A stretch of 64,000 nucleotides of DNA from a virus, in IMG/VR virus record IMGVR_UViG_3300007511_001080, positions 2,264-66,263 of that record; one strand, written 5' to 3'. The notes beneath the pieces are model-generated. The model was not told the origin of the DNA. It saw only the letters and a list, made by a program, of their open reading frames with translations, and did not search any database. Numbering within the stretch: position 1 is the first letter of the stretch; each line of letters opens with the position of its first letter. Positions 1 through 9,541 of this stretch are shown here, piece after piece. Position numbers and translations under genes: made by a program.

Positions 1-733
1 CATCCATTGCAATGTCCAACATATTTGCATCAACCCTCTCGGCAATCTTTTCCTCTGCCATCTCCAATGTAATATAAAGTACATTTTGATTTTGAGATAA
101 ACATGCTGATGCAACATGACACATAAAAAGAGATTTACCTACACCTGTTCCTGCCAAACAGATATTCAAACTTTTTTGTGGTAATCCCCCTTTTGTGATT
201 TTGTTGAAGTATTCCAAATCGAAAGGAATCTTCTCTTCCACTCTGTGATAAAACTCAAATCTATCATCTGAATCGTCAAGATAATCGTGGCCCACATGAG
301 GATCAAAACTAACACTAAGGGCATCACTAAGTATTTCAGGAATAGCTCCTTTACCTTGATTAGACTTTGGATTATCCAAGATTGAGATAGATTCAACGAC
401 TGCATTGTAGATTGCTTTATCCTGACAAAATTTTTCTGTTGTGTCCAATAACCAGCCAAGATCGGTATATTCTTCTGTATCTTTTGAGATTTCATCCAAC
501 AACTCCATCGTTTCTTTGAACTCTTCCTCATTGATTTTTACTTCTTGTAATTCAATCGAAAGAGCTTCTTTAGTTGGAAGTGAATTGTATTTTGTTACGA
601 AATCATTTACTGTATCATAGACAATTTTCTCACCATTATTTGTAAAATAATCAGTTTTTAAGAATGGTAACACTTTTCTAGTGTATTCTTCATTCTGTAA
701 CAGATTTCCCAGAATTGTTGTCTCTATTCGCAT
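1..733 (-). CDS. gp41: Replicative DNA helicase gp41 (N-terminal part; runs off window)
   Basis: Manual translation from ATG at 733: [26 protein letters not shown]...KIPFDLEYFNKITKGG...LAGTGVGKSLFMCH...YITLEMAEEKIAERVDAN (Walker A); follows uvsX as in T4-like phages. Confidence 0.95.
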   Translation of the reverse strand, partial: MRIETTILGNLLQNEEYTRKVLPFLKTDYFTNNGEKIVYDTVNDFVTKYNSLPTKEALSIELQEVKINEEEFKETMELLDEISKDTEEYTDLGWLLDTTEKFCQDKAIYNAVVESISILDNPKSNQGKGAIPEILSDALSVSFDPHVGHDYLDDSDDRFEFYHRVEEKIPFDLEYFNKITKGGLPQKSLNICLAGTGVGKSLFMCHVASACLSQNQNVLYITLEMAEEKIAERVDANMLDIAMD

Positions 734-1058
734 TCTCTGCTGTCTCTAAAATAAGTTCTAATATTGCTTCACCTAATTGTCTTTCAAAAATCTGTCCCTG
801 TTCGTCTGTAATATCATCATCAATACTAGATGGTGCATAGATTATGTCATACTGATAATCACAATCCAACGAACCATCATCATTCAATTTTTTATTTGTG
901 ACAAAGTTCTTGTATTTTACTATCACATGACAGAATGGACCTTCAAGGATTTGAATACATAAATTTTTATCATCTGGGTCTTCTGGATTAGATGTAACTC
1001 TAAACCAGTTCTCCTTTAACTTCCTCTTCGGTATTATCGGTGCTAGGTTCGGCATCAT
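690..1058 (-). CDS. Hypothetical protein at the gp40 (head vertex assembly chaperone) position
   Basis: Acidic ~120 aa ORF between uvsX and gp41; start codon uncertain. Confidence 0.5.
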   Translation of the reverse strand: MMPNLAPIIPKRKLKENWFRVTSNPEDPDDKNLCIQILEGPFCHVIVKYKNFVTNKKLNDDGSLDCDYQYDIIYAPSSIDDDITDEQGQIFERQLGEAILELILETAENANRDNNSGKSVTE

Positions 1059-2067
1059 CTCCCTTTCCATAAGAAAATTCTTTGTCAGCAACTTCATCAA
1101 TCCTATTCAGAAGTTCCTCTGTGAAATACTTTTCAGGGTCATTCAAAATCTGTTTACCATACAGTTTTGCACCATCAGGCATTTCGTAACGAGTTGATAC
1201 TTTTTTTATTATATCATACTTTTCAGCTAGTTCAAGTAATCCATAATAACGACTCAACCCCTCATCATAAGTCAAAAGTACATCAACCATCTTGTTCTCT
1301 TTGGTCAATCTGGATTTGAAATTCTTACAATGAATAATAATACCAACAACATCTGTTCCTACTTTCTCTTTTCGTTTTGATAGGAATACAATGTTAGAAG
1401 CAGCATATTGTAAACCAGAACCACCACCCATCACATCTTGTGGAAACATTGTTCCAACTTGTTTGTAAGTGTGATTGGTGACTAATAATGGAATACCTGC
1501 TTTGGCCAGTTTGAGAGTCAAGACTCTGAATGCACCCTTGACAATTCTCGCCTTGGTCATATCAACTTTGTCTGCACCCTCAGTCGTATCTCCAACCTCT
1601 TTTGCAGTTGACAACATACCAAGACTATCAAGACATAAAAGTAATGGTTTACCCTCACCCTTTTCAAGATGTTTGTCTACCACCCTTGTACATTGCATAG
1701 CAAACTCTTGGATTGTTGCAACTGGTATCTGAGCAAACCTAGATTTGTCGATACTTTTTTCTTCTAACATTTCAGGAGTCAATGCTGATTCAGACTCAAA
1801 GTAAAGAACACCCCCGCCAGGATTATCTGTAAGAAACTGTTTGCACAAACCAAGTAGAAAAAATGTTTTTCCAGTCGCACTCTCTCCCGCAAAGGCCGTA
1901 ATTTTATTAATCGGTAAGCCTTTGTGTATACTACCAGACAATAAAGCATTGAGAATATAAGAACCAGTGTCAATGTATCCATCTACGTTCCCCAACATTC
2001 CATCCACAACTTTAGAAGCATATTCGTTTCCAGTTGCAGATATTAATTCATCTAAAAAGTCAGCCAT
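1000..2067 (-). CDS. uvsX: RecA-like recombinase UvsX
   Basis: [23 protein letters not shown] Walker [19 protein letters not shown]. Confidence 0.95.
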   Translation of the reverse strand: MADFLDELISATGNEYASKVVDGMLGNVDGYIDTGSYILNALLSGSIHKGLPINKITAFAGESATGKTFFLLGLCKQFLTDNPGGGVLYFESESALTPEMLEEKSIDKSRFAQIPVATIQEFAMQCTRVVDKHLEKGEGKPLLLCLDSLGMLSTAKEVGDTTEGADKVDMTKARIVKGAFRVLTLKLAKAGIPLLVTNHTYKQVGTMFPQDVMGGGSGLQYAASNIVFLSKRKEKVGTDVVGIIIHCKNFKSRLTKENKMVDVLLTYDEGLSRYYGLLELAEKYDIIKKVSTRYEMPDGAKLYGKQILNDPEKYFTEELLNRIDEVADKEFSYGKGDDAEPSTDNTEEEVKGELV

Positions 2068-2353
2068 TTACAATTATCTTTCCCCTGTCTCCAAGTCTAT
2101 TTGCAAGTTCATGTTCACACATATCTCTCAGACATACAATGTCTTCAAGTTCCATTTTCTTAATGTGGTCTAAATGGACTTCAATATGTCCAGAAATATC
2201 TAATGCTCTTTCTGTTGGAACTGTTGCCAAAATGCCTGGTTGATTAGAAGGTCTTGGAACTCCTTCATACATAACAACCTGTCCAACATTGGCACGTACT
2301 CCATAATGAGCATGTAAATATTCTTCAGAATATACGATTGAATTTTTATCCAT
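2060..2353 (-). CDS. Hypothetical protein
   Basis: 97 aa ORF overlapping its neighbours in operon fashion. Confidence 0.6.
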   Translation of the reverse strand: MDKNSIVYSEEYLHAHYGVRANVGQVVMYEGVPRPSNQPGILATVPTERALDISGHIEVHLDHIKKMELEDIVCLRDMCEHELANRLGDRGKIIVNG

Positions 2354-2513
2354 CTAATTTGTTCCTTTTTTGAATTTCAGCCATAACAATTAGTGCATTT
2401 TGATTTATTTGTGCTCTATCAGAATAATCTTCAAGTCTATCCCTCTCTTTTATCAACTCTTCATACAATTCTCTCAAGTCTTCTGTGAGCCAACTATCAT
2501 AATCCATTTGCAT
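2346..2513 (-). CDS. Small hypothetical protein (55 aa, MQMDYDSWLTEDLRELYEEL...)
   Basis: Manual translation; AGGAG SD and a TTGACA/TATAAT promoter directly upstream. Confidence 0.6.
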   Translation of the reverse strand: MQMDYDSWLTEDLRELYEELIKERDRLEDYSDRAQINQNALIVMAEIQKRNKLDG

Positions 2514-2524
2514 TTAATACTCCT

Positions 2525-2552
2525 ATTATATCATGTAAATTATGTTTGTCAA
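2525..2552 (-). promoter_or_regulatory. Sigma70-type promoter (TTGACA-16-TATAAT with extended TG)
   Basis: Read directly; upstream of the uvsX/gp41 operon. Confidence 0.7.
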
Positions 2553-5008
2553 GAAAAGAAGTCCATTATAGTAGATTTTCTTTCATAGTCCCACCCAATC
2601 TTTTCAAGGATACCCTTCATTGGGTCAAGAAAAGACTTCTCAAACTGCCTGTCATAATCTATGTATTCTTCCAAATTAAACTCTTTTGGGAGAGTTGTCA
2701 ACATGGCAATTGCAGAATCACCACTAGGATTTGGTTCTTTGAGGTAAGTGTATTTGATTTTCTCACCCTCTTGAATTATTGGATACTTTTTTGTCAGTTT
2801 GTTTTTCTTCAACATCATATTGTAAATCAAAGACCCTTTGACATGCAATGGCGTTGACTTACGATAGATTGTGACAGAATCTTGATACTTTGAAAGTCCT
2901 TTTACAGACCTTGGAAAAGATACCTCTTCTGCAGAAAGAGATTTGAACTGACCTTTGAATTCTTGAATATAATCTATAACATCATCTTCTGTCCCATTCA
3001 CAACAATCTTAAATGCTTTCTTCAGGGCATTTCTACAATGTTCTGGTGTAGAAGATTTAACTGCCTCAATACCCATAATTTTAAGTTTAGGTTCCTCATA
3101 CTGTACACCTTCAGAATTGTGGACATTCAGAATATAGTGTTTCTTCCCTGTCCAGATTCCAACATCAGCAAGAACCTCTCTCTTCATCACCATCTTTTGT
3201 TGAAATGCATTGATGTATTCTGCCAGTTCACCATAACAATCATCAATCACCTTTTGAATTTTACCATCACAAACTGTATCGAGAAACTTTATCACTTTAT
3301 TCGTGTCAGTCAGTCCTACTTTCTCAACCATGGCTTCCATAGTCACATATAAAGAATCTGTATCTGACGCCAGAACATAATCTCTGTCTTCAGTTTCTAA
3401 AACTTTATTCAAATATTGATTGACTGCCCTCTCTGCCCATCGGATAGTAAGTTGACCTGCGACAGAGACTGCCTCAGCATTTCTCACATCATAATATCGA
3501 AACCATTGATTACCAAGTGCACCATAAGCAGAGTTTAGAGCAATTTTGAGATTAATCTGCATGTTGTGATACTGTGCCAACTTGTTTGGGTCTGCAGACC
3601 TACCTTTCTTCTGTTCCTTAATCATCAACTTTTTATATTTCACTCTATCTGTATACATTTTCTCCATTAAAGCAGGAAGAAACCCCTGTTTCTTACGAGT
3701 ATACAATGAACCATTTGGCGTCATTGTCATATTTTTGTCTTTAAGAAACTGTGTATCTATTTCCCTGTCAAGGAGTGCCTCAACCATCTTATCTCTTGGA
3801 TGCATTTTGAGAAGTGTTTCAGGAGAAATATTATACTGCATAATCAAATGCGGGTATAAACTATTCAAGTCAAAACTACAAACCCACTTATGGCGACCAA
3901 GTTGAGGTTCTTTGACATAGGCACCTTCATATGCCTCTGATTTAGTCTCATATTTCTTTGGTGGAATTACAATCTTTTGTTCTCTCAGATGATTGTAAAT
4001 GATACAGTCCCACATTTTCACAGGCGAGAATACATCATTGAAATTACACTTGGCCATATATGCCAGTGAAATAATCATCTCTATGAGTTTCATCTTCTCT
4101 TCTAGTCTCTCCACCAGAATTACATCGTGCACATTGTAATCAACAAACTTTTGAAAATTTGTTTTGTACAATTCATGAAGAGTTGTTGCTTCAGAAAAAT
4201 CTAATTTCTTTTCACCTAGTTCTGCATAAGCAATATGATTTAGAGAATAAGATTCTTGATTGACATAGGTAAACTTTTTATATGCATCCATGTAATCAAT
4301 ACTTGAAATGCCGACAAGTTCATAGACTTGATGTTTTCGATTACCAACAAGTGTTACCTCATTCTCTTTGAACCAACCCCAAGGAGATAGTTTGTTGGCA
4401 TACTTTTCTCCAAGAATCCTAATGATACGATTCATCAGATAAGGAATATCAAAGAAACGAGAATTCCAACCAGTGACAATATCTGGATAGTTTGACGCCC
4501 AATCATCAATGAAAGACTTCAGGAGTCCTTCTTCATTTGGGCAGTTGATGTATTTTACGCCAGGACTTGGATTGTATTCCCCACACCCATAAACTTTGAA
4601 GTCATCACCAATCTTAATTGAGATGGCAAGAACCTCTTCGTTGGCACGTCTAATGTCTGGAAACCCATACTCAGAACTACATTCAATATCAATAAAGGCA
4701 ACTCTTATCTTGGAAAGTTCATAATCAACCAAGCCAGGATAGTTGTCAGAAATAAAAGAATACTGAAAACCCCCAATACCAAAAACATCGCTAGGATACT
4801 CTTTCATTGCTTGTCGAGTATCTTTCATTGGCCCCCATTTTACAGGAGATACCATTTTGCCGTCTAGGGTTTTCCATTGGGATTGTTTTTGTGTGGTAAC
4901 AAATAAGGTAGGTTCGTAGTGAATCTTTCTTTTTATAGATTCACCACGTTCATTGATACCTCTCAGAGCAATATAATTTCCAAGAGATTGAACATTAGTA
5001 TAAAACAT
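2549..5008 (-). CDS. gp43: Family B DNA polymerase gp43
   Basis: DIE exonuclease motif, SFDLNSLYPH, KIALNSAYG, SDTDSLY, KKHY. Confidence 0.97.
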   Translation of the reverse strand: MFYTNVQSLGNYIALRGINERGESIKRKIHYEPTLFVTTQKQSQWKTLDGKMVSPVKWGPMKDTRQAMKEYPSDVFGIGGFQYSFISDNYPGLVDYELSKIRVAFIDIECSSEYGFPDIRRANEEVLAISIKIGDDFKVYGCGEYNPSPGVKYINCPNEEGLLKSFIDDWASNYPDIVTGWNSRFFDIPYLMNRIIRILGEKYANKLSPWGWFKENEVTLVGNRKHQVYELVGISSIDYMDAYKKFTYVNQESYSLNHIAYAELGEKKLDFSEATTLHELYKTNFQKFVDYNVHDVILVERLEEKMKLIEMIISLAYMAKCNFNDVFSPVKMWDCIIYNHLREQKIVIPPKKYETKSEAYEGAYVKEPQLGRHKWVCSFDLNSLYPHLIMQYNISPETLLKMHPRDKMVEALLDREIDTQFLKDKNMTMTPNGSLYTRKKQGFLPALMEKMYTDRVKYKKLMIKEQKKGRSADPNKLAQYHNMQINLKIALNSAYGALGNQWFRYYDVRNAEAVSVAGQLTIRWAERAVNQYLNKVLETEDRDYVLASDTDSLYVTMEAMVEKVGLTDTNKVIKFLDTVCDGKIQKVIDDCYGELAEYINAFQQKMVMKREVLADVGIWTGKKHYILNVHNSEGVQYEEPKLKIMGIEAVKSSTPEHCRNALKKAFKIVVNGTEDDVIDYIQEFKGQFKSLSAEEVSFPRSVKGLSKYQDSVTIYRKSTPLHVKGSLIYNMMLKKNKLTKKYPIIQEGEKIKYTYLKEPNPSGDSAIAMLTTLPKEFNLEEYIDYDRQFEKSFLDPMKGILEKIGWDYERKSTIMDFFS

Positions 5009-5150
5009 TAGTAATATTTTTGATAAGGGATTTCTAACTTGTCAAAGACATTATAACACCATTTGATCTGCTTGTCAACCCAAGACCTTTTGGATTGAAA
5101 CAGACCAATGGCGAATAAAGATTGGAGATATATTTTGAGGACTAGTCCAA

Positions 5151-5615
5151 TTAGAAAATAAGACCCTGCTTGTATTGAGTTTTTCCATTTACTCTTAAAG
5201 CGGTCATAATCTTCTGACGATTTGAACCATCTTTTTTGAAACTGCAATGTACCCATCCGCTGTTCGGCTTTCCTTTAGTGTAGAATTCCAAAATTAACTG
5301 GTCAAAGTCGAGTTCCTTACTAATCCAAGAAGCAACTTCTCCATTTGGTGTACCCAGCTGTTCAAAGTCTGCTGCTTCTCCAAAACAATGTTGACTTGTT
5401 TTAGATCCGCCTACCTTACCATTGAGTTGTGGTGACCTATAACCACTATTGACAGTTATCACTCCAAACCTTTCTCTGACAGGTTGTAGCACGTGATGAG
5501 TGAGAACTGTAAGGTTTACAATTTCTTCAATTCCTGGCTCATTTGCTATTCCCATTCTATTTGCTGTTGAACTCTTTGTAAGTTCACTCAACCAAAAGTT
5601 CTGTGATAATCTCAT
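5151..5615 (-). CDS. Peptidase M15 family endolysin
   Basis: SGYRS, SQHCFGEAAD and WVHCS Zn-peptidase motifs. Confidence 0.85.
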   Translation of the reverse strand: MRLSQNFWLSELTKSSTANRMGIANEPGIEEIVNLTVLTHHVLQPVRERFGVITVNSGYRSPQLNGKVGGSKTSQHCFGEAADFEQLGTPNGEVASWISKELDFDQLILEFYTKGKPNSGWVHCSFKKDGSNRQKIMTALRVNGKTQYKQGLIF

Positions 5616-5920
5616 GTTATGACCTCAAGTTTTTGTGTGTTTGGGTCAAATTTTACTTTGACTGTCATTTCAATTGGTAATAATTTACCATCTTTCATTT
5701 TCACAGGAAGTTTACCCTCAACCGCTCCCATCAATGCATCTTTGGCATTATCGAAAGTGTGGTCTGGGTCTTCCTTGATAATTTTATCTAGTTCTTTCCT
5801 TTGTTTATCTGGAAGAACATCATCTATCATTTTTTCAACATGGTCTTTTGCTAGGTCTTGTGCTTTATCAACTACAAGCCCAGCGACCACATTGAATAAC
5901 ATACCAGCAAGTGGTAACAT
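5612..5920 (-). CDS. Hypothetical protein with hydrophobic N-terminus next to endolysin (possible lysis accessory)
   Basis: MLPLAGMLFNVVAGLVV N-terminus; 4-nt overlap with the endolysin gene. Confidence 0.5.
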   Translation of the reverse strand: MLPLAGMLFNVVAGLVVDKAQDLAKDHVEKMIDDVLPDKQRKELDKIIKEDPDHTFDNAKDALMGAVEGKLPVKMKDGKLLPIEMTVKVKFDPNTQKLEVIT

Positions 5921-5922
5921 AA

Positions 5923-6129
5923 TTATCCTTTATTATAATTCTCCCAAGCTTCAATTGCTCTTTGAGAGTTTGGTCTATGTTCCATATTAACGGATTTCAA
6001 AAATTGTTCTTTGGTCATCTTTTTAGATTCTTCTTTAAGTAGTTGTGGTTCTGGTGCAGGTTCTTCTTTAATAAGTTCCTCTTCCTCAAACATAACTTCT
6101 TTTAAAACTTTCTTTTCAGACTTAGCCAT
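5923..6129 (-). CDS. Hypothetical protein
   Basis: 68 aa ORF with GGAG SD. Confidence 0.55.
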   Translation of the reverse strand: MAKSEKKVLKEVMFEEEELIKEEPAPEPQLLKEESKKMTKEQFLKSVNMEHRPNSQRAIEAWENYNKG

Positions 6130-6137
6130 GCAATCTC

Positions 6138-6632
6138 CTAATTAATAATTTCTTCATTTCCAGGCTCAATCACCACACCATCATCGGTGACTTCCTCTGT
6201 CCCAACTACTTTATTTAGGATTTCAGTTACCCACTCTGGACCTTTTTGTGTATCTGGAAAACCATCCTCTGATGCTCTCCAAAGAATCTCTCCATCAATT
6301 TCAATCACAATATCATCTTCTGGAATTGAATGTCTCTCAACATCTGATGGTTTACCTACAAGTTGTGGTTTGTGATTTGCAATACCTGCAGTGATTTGAA
6401 TACCATGAGGAAATCCATATTGTTCATTCATGAAAATACGAACTTTCCTACCTTCTTCAAATGCAGGTGCTCTCATACTCTCAGGGATTTCCATATTTTC
6501 TAATCCCTTACCAGTTGAAGTATCAAGCACTACACCATCATTTTCTTCTGGTGTGTCAGAATCTTGTTCTACTTTTACTGCTTTATCTTCAACTTCTTCT
6601 TCAGTATTAACTTTAAATGTTTCTTCTGCCAT
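6138..6632 (-). CDS. Acidic hypothetical protein
   Basis: ORF track 6138-6668; the start MAEETFK has a GGAG SD. Confidence 0.6.
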   Translation of the reverse strand: MAEETFKVNTEEEVEDKAVKVEQDSDTPEENDGVVLDTSTGKGLENMEIPESMRAPAFEEGRKVRIFMNEQYGFPHGIQITAGIANHKPQLVGKPSDVERHSIPEDDIVIEIDGEILWRASEDGFPDTQKGPEWVTEILNKVVGTEEVTDDGVVIEPGNEEIIN

Positions 6633-6647
6633 TTCTATCTCCATAAA

Positions 6648-6684
6648 GGGGCTCAAGCGGATTCCCACCCAACCATGAGCCCCC
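6648..6684 (-). terminator. Hairpin/terminator after hsp20
   Basis: GGGGCTCA...TGAGCCCC inverted repeat followed by a short T run on the minus strand. Confidence 0.5.
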
Positions 6685-6693
6685 GCGTCATTA

Positions 6694-7137
6694 TTAAGAA
6701 CCGATTTGAATCAGTCGTGGTTTCTTTTCATCGGGAATCACTCTTTCAAGGTCAATAATCAACATACCATCCTTGAGATCCGCACCCTTTACAATGATGT
6801 CATCGGACAAAGAAAATGTCCTACTAAAAGACCGCCTTGCAATCCCTTTGTGGACGAAAGAATCAGATTCTTCATCTTTCTCATTATCTTTGGAACGGAT
6901 AACTAATTGTCCATCCGTTACTTCAACTTCAATATCATCCTTTGAGAAACCAGCAAGGGCTAACTCAATAGAGTATTGAAATTCATTCTGTTTCCGAATG
7001 TTATATGGTGGATACGATTGCTGTGAACCTGTATCCATATTGAAAAAACGATCAAAGATGTTATCGAAACCTACAGATAGGCCCATCATCTTTTGAAAGT
7101 CTTGGGGTGTAAACGCGGAGTGTCGTGCTAGTACCAT
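6694..7137 (-). CDS. hsp20: Small heat shock protein Hsp20 (IbpA-like)
   Basis: YPPYNI, IELALAGF, HKGIARRSF, GMLIIDLER. Confidence 0.95.
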   Translation of the reverse strand: MVLARHSAFTPQDFQKMMGLSVGFDNIFDRFFNMDTGSQQSYPPYNIRKQNEFQYSIELALAGFSKDDIEVEVTDGQLVIRSKDNEKDEESDSFVHKGIARRSFSRTFSLSDDIIVKGADLKDGMLIIDLERVIPDEKKPRLIQIGS

Positions 7138-7225
7138 AATGCCTCCTTATAAAGCGAGGTTAATAATATCCTCATCCTGTAGCACACAGCGATGAGTAGT
7201 GAATGAGGTTTCCACTATGGACAAC
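7138..7225 (-). promoter_or_regulatory. ROSE-like RNA thermometer in the hsp20 5' UTR
   Basis: CCUCGCUU-UAU-AAGGAGG hairpin contains UCGCU opposite the SD; upstream hairpin CUCAUC(g)CUGU/ACAG-GAUGAG. Confidence 0.6.
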
Positions 7226-7226
7226 C

Positions 7227-7397
7227 TCAGTCGCGCCAACCTTCTCCTGCACGGAGATGTTCGCAACGATGTTTGAAAACTATCCAAAATAATTCGATAA
7301 GAGAGTCGGCTGAATAATTTCCGGCTCCTTTAACCAATAATTTATATTTAGTTTCCATACTGTCTTCCTCAATCATCCAATTTACATGATGTTTCAT
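7227..7397 (-). CDS. Small hypothetical protein
   Basis: 3' part of the 73 aa ORF; start uncertain. Confidence 0.4.
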   Translation of the reverse strand: MKHHVNWMIEEDSMETKYKLLVKGAGNYSADSLIELFWIVFKHRCEHLRAGEGWRD

Positions 7398-7408
7398 AGT
7401 ATATAGGT

Positions 7409-7640
7409 AAAAAAGGGTGAGGTGGGTAGTGGGACTCGGCGTACCCACAACATCGGAGAACGAACTTCCGTTAGCTTTATTCCTCCGTACCAGAACCCTC
7501 GCTGGTAAGCGAGATGTGACCCCCCTCTATTACTAGAGGGGTAGCCTCGGCACCATCCGTGAACTGTCTGACTATCCAGGCTCTCGACCAGATTATTATC
7601 AGTATACCCAAGGTCCGTCAACCTTTTGTTCACCCTTTAT
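7409..7640 (-). ncRNA. Candidate structured ncRNA (~225 nt), family unknown
   Basis: GC-rich island with its own promoter at 7646-7673, terminal stem AAAGGGUGA/UCACCCUUU plus U tract, hairpins CCCCUCUA-GUAA-UAGAGGGG and CUCGCU-UACC-AGCGAG. Confidence 0.65.
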
Positions 7641-7645
7641 TCAAT

Positions 7646-7673
7646 AGTATAACATATATATACGATTTGTCAA
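7646..7673 (-). promoter_or_regulatory. Sigma70-type promoter (TTGACA-16-TATACT)
   Basis: Read directly; placed to start the 7409-7640 RNA. Confidence 0.7.
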
Positions 7674-7683
7674 GTGGTCTGAA

Positions 7684-7944
7684 CTACTTCTTGGAATAAA
7701 TTCCCCAAAGTACCCAAACTGCTACCAAACCTACAAGACCTTCTGAACCAAGTTTACTCACAAGAGCAACTACTGACCCAACAATATCAAGACCAAGGAA
7801 TGGAATTGTGGCTCCAAAAATCACCTGAAGTACGACTCCAAGAGCGATAATTGCTAAACCAACTTCTGTAAGGTTGCGAATCCAACCCAATACTTTATCT
7901 ACCATAAAACTTCCTCCATTAGAAGATTTTTTCTTTTCAGCCAT
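7684..7944 (-). CDS. Small membrane protein
   Basis: 2-3 hydrophobic segments. Confidence 0.7.
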   Translation of the reverse strand: MAEKKKSSNGGSFMVDKVLGWIRNLTEVGLAIIALGVVLQVIFGATIPFLGLDIVGSVVALVSKLGSEGLVGLVAVWVLWGIYSKK

Positions 7945-7956
7945 ATAACTCCTTTG

Positions 7957-8478
7957 TTATGTGCCTGTTGACCCAAATCCTCCATCTCGTTCAGTTTTTT
8001 GAGTTGGTGGCTCTGAGACTTGTACTAAACTATGATATACCTTTTCTACCAATTCAGCTTGACATATCCTATCTCCATTATTTATTGTCTTTGGAGACTG
8101 AGATATATTAGTTAACATGACAAAAATTGGCTCAACATAGTCATAATCAATTATACCTTCACAATTTGTAAGATATATGCCGTCTTTCCAAGCTAATCCT
8201 GACCTTGAATGTAGACGAACTGAATAGCCCTCTGGAATATCTAAAATTAATCCAGTAGGGACCATTACCCGCTCCATGCAGAATATTTGTATTGAATTAC
8301 CTTTTATTGGTTTTTCAATAGTTCTATTTAGTGTGTCTTGATTTACCTTATATTTGGTTCCATCAAGAATACTTGCATGTATATCAAAACATGCTGACCC
8401 CTTAGTTGCAAAAAATGGGTCTTTTACACTAGGGTCTAATTTATAATATTTAAGTGCATCATTCGCTGCTGTCATCAT
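7957..8478 (-). CDS. dut: dUTPase (trimeric)
   Basis: GSACFDI, SRSGLA, GIIDYDY, GDRICQ, RDGGFGSTG. Confidence 0.95.
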   Translation of the reverse strand: MMTAANDALKYYKLDPSVKDPFFATKGSACFDIHASILDGTKYKVNQDTLNRTIEKPIKGNSIQIFCMERVMVPTGLILDIPEGYSVRLHSRSGLAWKDGIYLTNCEGIIDYDYVEPIFVMLTNISQSPKTINNGDRICQAELVEKVYHSLVQVSEPPTQKTERDGGFGSTGT

Positions 8479-8878
8479 CTATCCTTTTACTCCCAATATT
8501 ATATTTCGCCACAAGATTCCATTGGTCCTTCTCTTTGAAAGAGAGAATCTTGAGCTGATTAAGAGGAACTGTCAATTCCTCTGTATCATTAGGATTAACC
8601 AATTGGATTAATCCCCACTCAGTTAAAAGGTTTGCTACTGTATTTCTTCTTGCTTGATCATTTTCTGAAAAATTTGTGGGTTTACCATCAAGTGCAAATA
8701 ATTCTTTAAAATGTACAATAAAATATCTACCCTGTTTATGTAAAATATGACAAGATTGATATAATGTTTTATCTTTACGAGAAGCAACTCCAATCCTTGT
8801 CAAAGTTTCTCGTACCTTCAGAAAATCATCTGGATTCTCCAAGGTGCATTCCACCATCGTTTCAATAGATACATTCAT
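8459..8878 (-). CDS. regA: Translational repressor RegA
   Basis: DDFLKVRETLTRIGVASRK, LYQSCHILHKQGRYFIVHFKELFALDG. Confidence 0.97.
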   Translation of the reverse strand: MNVSIETMVECTLENPDDFLKVRETLTRIGVASRKDKTLYQSCHILHKQGRYFIVHFKELFALDGKPTNFSENDQARRNTVANLLTEWGLIQLVNPNDTEELTVPLNQLKILSFKEKDQWNLVAKYNIGSKRIDDDSSE

Positions 8879-9255
8879 TTCTCCACTCCACCTTGATTCA
8901 ATTTATCTTTGATAAAGGCCAGTTCATCCTTAGTAAGCACGCTAAGAGCATCTTTGGCCTTTCCATTACTGAATCCATAATACTCTTTCACAACATCTAA
9001 GTCATGTAGCTTTTCGGGCTTCAACCATTTACTGTACCTTTTTTTCTGTCTGATACTATTTAGTAAATAGTCAAACTGAAGACGAGAATCTAGGTGTGCA
9101 TTTTGGTTCATTTCATTGGCTTGAAAGATAGTATCCATGAAGAAAGATAACCCACGATTTACGATGAAAGCAGAGTATTTCTTCTCTGCAAACTCATCTA
9201 CGAGAACATCTTCCTTCGTTTCATTGATAGCCTTTAGACAATCAAACGGACCCAT
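8875..9255 (-). CDS. gp62: Clamp loader small subunit gp62
   Basis: FIVNRGLS, ANEMN, LQFDYLLNS, KEYYGFS; upstream of regA. Confidence 0.9.
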   Translation of the reverse strand: MGPFDCLKAINETKEDVLVDEFAEKKYSAFIVNRGLSFFMDTIFQANEMNQNAHLDSRLQFDYLLNSIRQKKRYSKWLKPEKLHDLDVVKEYYGFSNGKAKDALSVLTKDELAFIKDKLNQGGVEK

Positions 9256-9541
9256 CTTCCACCCATTTCAATACATTTGCTTCTTTCTTTTCCCTTGCAG
9301 GATACCAGATTGCTTTAGTTTTAGTCGTTATGTTTTCTTGACCAACTTTTTTGGCAAACTCTCTCAAGTCCTCTTCACAATCAAATCTGACTCTCATTAG
9401 ATGAAATTGACCTTTTTCTGGATTATCAAATTCTGGCATGTCATCCCAACCAAAGGGAGTTTCTTCGACATAATCTTCATCAATGAATCCCATAAGACTA
9501 GTAGCATTTTTATCTGGAACCTTATTTAATACATTACCCAT
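9242..9541 (-). CDS. Small partner protein of the TAGT-type glycosyltransferase
   Basis: WDDMPEF...VRFDCEEDLREF...KTKAIWYP; overlaps the glycosyltransferase gene. Confidence 0.55.
   Translation of the reverse strand: MGNVLNKVPDKNATSLMGFIDEDYVEETPFGWDDMPEFDNPEKGQFHLMRVRFDCEEDLREFAKKVGQENITTKTKAIWYPAREKKEANVLKWVEDGSV

Noticed and set aside
166-531. 121 aa minus-strand ORF in the track
   Set aside because: Alternative frame inside gp41, whose true frame runs off the window
5008-5256. 82 aa ORF between endolysin and gp43
   Set aside because: Largely overlaps the endolysin gene and has no clear start; a shorter gene may exist but cannot be supported
7394-7633. 79 aa ORF over the GC-rich island
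   Set aside because: Composition and dense hairpins fit a structured RNA better; no recognisable protein motif
7409-7640. Possible tmRNA, RNase P, SRP or self-cleaving ribozyme identity
   Set aside because: No tRNA-like ends, GAGGAAAGUCC, SRP domain IV or hammerhead/twister core recognised
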